Below are positions 7,543 to 10,787 of a stretch of DNA of 10,787 nt, piece after piece. Numbering within the stretch: position 1 is the stretch's first letter; every line of letters begins with the position of its first letter. A program made the position numbers and the translations under genes. The notes beneath the pieces are model-generated. The model was not told the origin of the DNA, searched no databases, and saw nothing but the letters and a program-made list of their open reading frames with translations. The stretch is from Promethearchaeota archaeon (GTDB lineage: Archaea > Asgardarchaeota > Lokiarchaeia > Sigyniarchaeales > SOKP01). Location: assembly GCA_048938005.1 (NCBI GenBank), contig JBHLMQ010000079.1:1-10787 (forward strand), read 5' to 3'.

Positions 7543-9696
7543 TTATTCATAGTCCATAATAAAATGAACATAATTATCGAGTTTTTTAAGGTATCCGAGA
7601 AAACATGCTTGATTGAAATGAAGATTGAATTTACGATCTATTATATCTTCATTACGAGCAAGCTCTTGAAATCTATTATAAGCTAACTTGCCATTCACTC
7701 CATAGGTTTTAATAATATTAATTAAGGATTTTATATTTTTATTTAAATAAATCTTCTGCTTATTAAATCTCTTACTTTTATTACTCTTCAATTTTATTAG
7801 TTTTTCTTTAAGGAGAGGTTCATCAAATTTCATTAAATCTGAATAAAATGTTATACCACAATCCTTGAGATATTTATATTCTTCACTATTACAGAAACTA
7901 TCTAATTGAGTAAGAATGTCTTCTATAGAACGGTTTACTAAATATTTTTGTTCTAATTCTTTTCTTTCTCGAAAATTTTTAATAACTTGGGATTTTAGGT
8001 ATTTATCATTTTGGATAGGGAATTGAATTTTCTTACGTTCAAGGGTCTTTATTAGGTTTAATTGCGTAGGATCAGATAGGACTGAGTTCATGGAACGTTG
8101 TTTTCGTTGGGCAACAATAAAAAAAGGAATATCTACTGTTTCTTCGGTCAAAAGTATATAGCATCTGCCCGGGGCATATCTACCAGTTCTTCCACGTCTT
8201 TGAATTAATCTAATTTCCGAAGGAACAGGTTCATAAAAGATTATTGCATCTACATTAGGAATATCTAAACCTTCTTCAGCAACACTTGTAGCGATTAAAA
8301 TGTTTATATTTCCTTCTCTAAATTGTTTCAATATTTCTATTTGTAATCGCTGGGGAAATCCATTATCTTCTTTTTTAGTTGCTTGACCGATGAATTTTTC
8401 GATTTTGAGTTGCTCTTTAAATTCATTTTTTAATTTAATCTTAAGATTTTCTGCCATTTCTCTGTATTGAGTGAAAACTAAAATTTTTTTATTATTAAAT
8501 TCTTCAATTTCCTCTTTGATAATTGAGATAACCTTTTTTAATTTAGGATGGGATAGATCTTTTTGTTCTTTGCTTTCAATTATGGAACTTATATGAGCAA
8601 AATGCTCTGAATTGATAATTCTTTTTGCAGATAAAATATCTTTATTCGCTTTATATTTAATTTTATTTAGAAAAGATTTAAAGAGAGAGATTTCTTGTGT
8701 TTCTATTAAATCTTTAGCATGAAGTATAGATATGCAACTTGAACAATAGGAATATACAGAAGGGATATCAAGTTTGTTTTGTTTAACTATCTCTATAATC
8801 CTTGGAGATTTATAGTATAACCATTCAAGGTATTCGTCCTCAGATAAATCTAATTCTTCCCCTTTTTCGTATTGAATAGATAATGTTAAATCTCGGGCAA
8901 TTCCTAAGAAATCTAATTTAGAGTAATACGGTTTATTTGGAGGAAGAAGATTATTTTTAACAAACCATCTCAAATATTTTTCAAATAAATTGTACCAAAT
9001 TGCACTTAACACTCTTAATTCAATAGGTAAATCTATTAAATTAATGAATGTATCAATATCATATATATAATTTCTTACATCCTTATCTTGATAACTTTTA
9101 AAGATAACATTTTCAATATACAAATTATCACAAATTTGCTGAATCCGCTCATAATCCTTTCCCGGTGAAGCTGTTAAACCTAATATCAATGGATCTGAAC
9201 AAGTATTAATATACTCATTTGAAATGAAATTATAAGCATAATTTCTCCTGGTTTTATGAGCTTCATCAAATATTATCAATGAAACATGTGTTAAATCATA
9301 GCGACCCCTCATCAAATCATTCTTAATTACTTGGGGTGTAGAAACTATAATTCTTGAGTTTTGATATAGTAGAATTCTTTTCTCTGGAGGTATTTTCCCT
9401 GTAAATGATGTAATTTCTACAAAGTCAATATCAAGGAACTTCTCACAAGAAGCTTTATGCTGTGAGACTAAAGGTCGTGTGGGGGCAAGAATTATGATTT
9501 TTGCTTTGGGATACTTTTTTAAACAATTAGATATTACTAAAATTCCAATTATTGTTTTTCCTAAACCAGTTGGTAAAACTACGAGAGAATTTTTACTTTT
9601 ACAAGAAGAAACAATATTCTTTTGATAGTCTCTATAAAATATTTGGTCTTTTTTCAAGAATGGCCCATTTAAATATGATTTAGGCTCTTTTTGCAT
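7543..9696 (-). CDS. hef: Hef/FANCM/Mph1-family SF2 DEAH helicase, without ERCC4 nuclease domain
   Basis: Q motif RDYQ, motif I VLPTGLGKT, Ia LAPTRPLVSQH, Ib STPQVIKND, II DEAH, III LTASPG, IV LVFTQYRE, V ATSVAEEGLDIP, VI QRRGRTGR. HPKL and FYEPVPSEIRLIQR are characteristic of archaeal Hef. Confidence 0.92.
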   Translation of the reverse strand: MQKEPKSYLNGPFLKKDQIFYRDYQKNIVSSCKSKNSLVVLPTGLGKTIIGILVISNCLKKYPKAKIIILAPTRPLVSQHKASCEKFLDIDFVEITSFTGKIPPEKRILLYQNSRIIVSTPQVIKNDLMRGRYDLTHVSLIIFDEAHKTRRNYAYNFISNEYINTCSDPLILGLTASPGKDYERIQQICDNLYIENVIFKSYQDKDVRNYIYDIDTFINLIDLPIELRVLSAIWYNLFEKYLRWFVKNNLLPPNKPYYSKLDFLGIARDLTLSIQYEKGEELDLSEDEYLEWLYYKSPRIIEIVKQNKLDIPSVYSYCSSCISILHAKDLIETQEISLFKSFLNKIKYKANKDILSAKRIINSEHFAHISSIIESKEQKDLSHPKLKKVISIIKEEIEEFNNKKILVFTQYREMAENLKIKLKNEFKEQLKIEKFIGQATKKEDNGFPQRLQIEILKQFREGNINILIATSVAEEGLDIPNVDAIIFYEPVPSEIRLIQRRGRTGRYAPGRCYILLTEETVDIPFFIVAQRKQRSMNSVLSDPTQLNLIKTLERKKIQFPIQNDKYLKSQVIKNFRERKELEQKYLVNRSIEDILTQLDSFCNSEEYKYLKDCGITFYSDLMKFDEPLLKEKLIKLKSNKSKRFNKQKIYLNKNIKSLINIIKTYGVNGKLAYNRFQELARNEDIIDRKFNLHFNQACFLGYLKKLDNYVHFIMDYE

Positions 9697-9722
9697 ATTA
9701 AGTATAACTGTAGATTAATTAC

Positions 9723-9730
9723 TTTTAAAA
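9723..9730 (-). promoter_or_regulatory. Possible TATA box for the helicase gene (leaderless or short leader)
   Basis: TTTTAAAA lies 27-34 nt upstream of ATG 9696, the expected spacing for an archaeal leaderless transcript. Support is weak given the AT content. Confidence 0.3.
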
Positions 9731-9842
9731 ATAATATCGCTGTAAGATTTTTATAATATATTATTGACAATTTACTAATAGAAACTAATTATTAATTTAA
9801 AAATAACTTAATAAATTCCATGTCAACTAGAAATATTATATA

Positions 9843-10787
9843 CTAAATAGGGAAGAATAAAATCTTATTTTTAGCTACTTGTCGTTTTATTTGGTGATTT
9901 TTTTCAAGTTTTTTTAATGTGAGTACAACCCACCCTCGTGCTACAGTATGTAAGAACTTGCTTTCAGTAGGGTAAATTGTTTTTATAATACCTTTTGGAG
10001 ATATTCCTTGTTCTGAATTTTTATGTACTATATCTAAAACTTGTTGTTCTCTTTCTTTTCTATGTTTCAAGATTTCATCAAGTCTTTCATGTGGATTTTC
10101 TATTGGACTTCCATGCGCCGAGAGAATTAATTTAAGATTTGGTAGTTTTTGAAATTGTTCAATAGAGGCAATATAATCATCAATATTTGATTCTGGTGGG
10201 CCTAGCCAAGTAGTTATTGATCTTAATACATTATCACCTGAAAATAAAATTCCTTTCTGCTCATTATAAAGGGAAATATGATCCTTACAATGTCCAGGTG
10301 AAGGAAAAATTCTCCAACTCTCTTCGTTAATCAGAATTTCTGAATTTTCTTCTATGATTTCATCTGGATCATCTAAAAAGGAAACTCCATACATGCGTTG
10401 ATAAAACAATTTTGAGCCTAAAAGTCGAAGAAAATTCCTAATCTTATGTTTTACTTTTTTACTAATCCTTAGGTAATCTTCAAAATCATCTGCCTCAAAG
10501 CTTTTGTAGAAACTCTCTTTATCTCTTATAACATTAGCCATTTTTTTTGTTAAAATCGTTTTTAACCCTAAAGAATCTCGTAATCTTTTTAATCCACTAA
10601 AATGGTCAGGATGACTATGACTTGGTAAGATTCTAGTAAGTCTAAACTCTTTATTTTGGGCTTTATAATAGTTTTCAATTTCTTTTAATTCTTTAAAAAC
10701 ATGTTTAAGGGCTTTTTTAGTTCCATAACCCGCATCGTATATTATACCATCAGAACCAGCGATTACATATATGTTTTCTGGAGGTTT
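9843..10787 (-). CDS. Metallo-beta-lactamase-fold hydrolase, LACTB2-like with C-terminal winged helix (5' truncated)
   Basis: The frame stays open from the window end to the listed ATG 10541: KPPENIYVIAGSDGIIYDAGYG...ILPSHSHPDHFSG (HxHxDH at 10602-10619). Then PGHCKDH, LFSGDNVL and LSAHG follow. The C-terminal SPKGIIKTIYP...VVLTLKKLEKNHQI is WH-like. The supplied 232-aa ORF omits the active-site motif. Confidence 0.9.
   Translation of the reverse strand, partial: KPPENIYVIAGSDGIIYDAGYGTKKALKHVFKELKEIENYYKAQNKEFRLTRILPSHSHPDHFSGLKRLRDSLGLKTILTKKMANVIRDKESFYKSFEADDFEDYLRISKKVKHKIRNFLRLLGSKLFYQRMYGVSFLDDPDEIIEENSEILINEESWRIFPSPGHCKDHISLYNEQKGILFSGDNVLRSITTWLGPPESNIDDYIASIEQFQKLPNLKLILSAHGSPIENPHERLDEILKHRKEREQQVLDIVHKNSEQGISPKGIIKTIYPTESKFLHTVARGWVVLTLKKLEKNHQIKRQVAKNKILFFPI

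Noticed and set aside
8030-8045. ERK tripeptide (TLERKKIQ) in the helicase tail as an ERCC4 active site
   Set aside because: It lacks the upstream GDY and downstream Asp context of the ERKxxxD motif.
9764-9826. TTGACA hexamers on both strands resembling bacterial -35 boxes
   Set aside because: The context appears archaeal, there is no convincing correctly spaced -10 leading to a gene, and such hexamers are expected by chance.
1-10787. CRISPR arrays, tRNA/rRNA genes, IS elements
   Set aside because: I saw no regularly spaced direct repeats, GC-rich structured segments, transposase or integrase motifs, or terminal inverted repeats. All intergenic gaps are under 200 nt.

Overview
Very AT-rich, gene-dense window that looks archaeal, most plausibly Asgard/Lokiarchaeia-like. 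That assignment is an inference from the gene set, oligo-T terminators, sequon-rich surface proteins and PCI-like domains. The + strand carries four genes: the 3' end of a CCG-domain Fe-S oxidoreductase; a membrane-anchored C13 (legumain/GPI8-like) cysteine peptidase with an approximately 200-aa beta-sandwich inserted inside its catalytic fold; a small type-I membrane Ig-like glycoprotein; and a 1489-aa protein. The large protein has a prenyltransferase-like helical-repeat N-terminus, three PCI-like winged helices spaced by long coiled coils, and a C-terminal two-helix membrane anchor. The - strand carries a Hef/FANCM-type DEAH helicase with no ERCC4 nuclease domain and a 5'-truncated LACTB2-like metallo-beta-lactamase-fold hydrolase. 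I see no RNA genes, CRISPR arrays or mobile elements. The most novel-looking elements are the 1489-aa protein and the split C13 peptidase. All family calls come from reading motifs by eye, without database searches.
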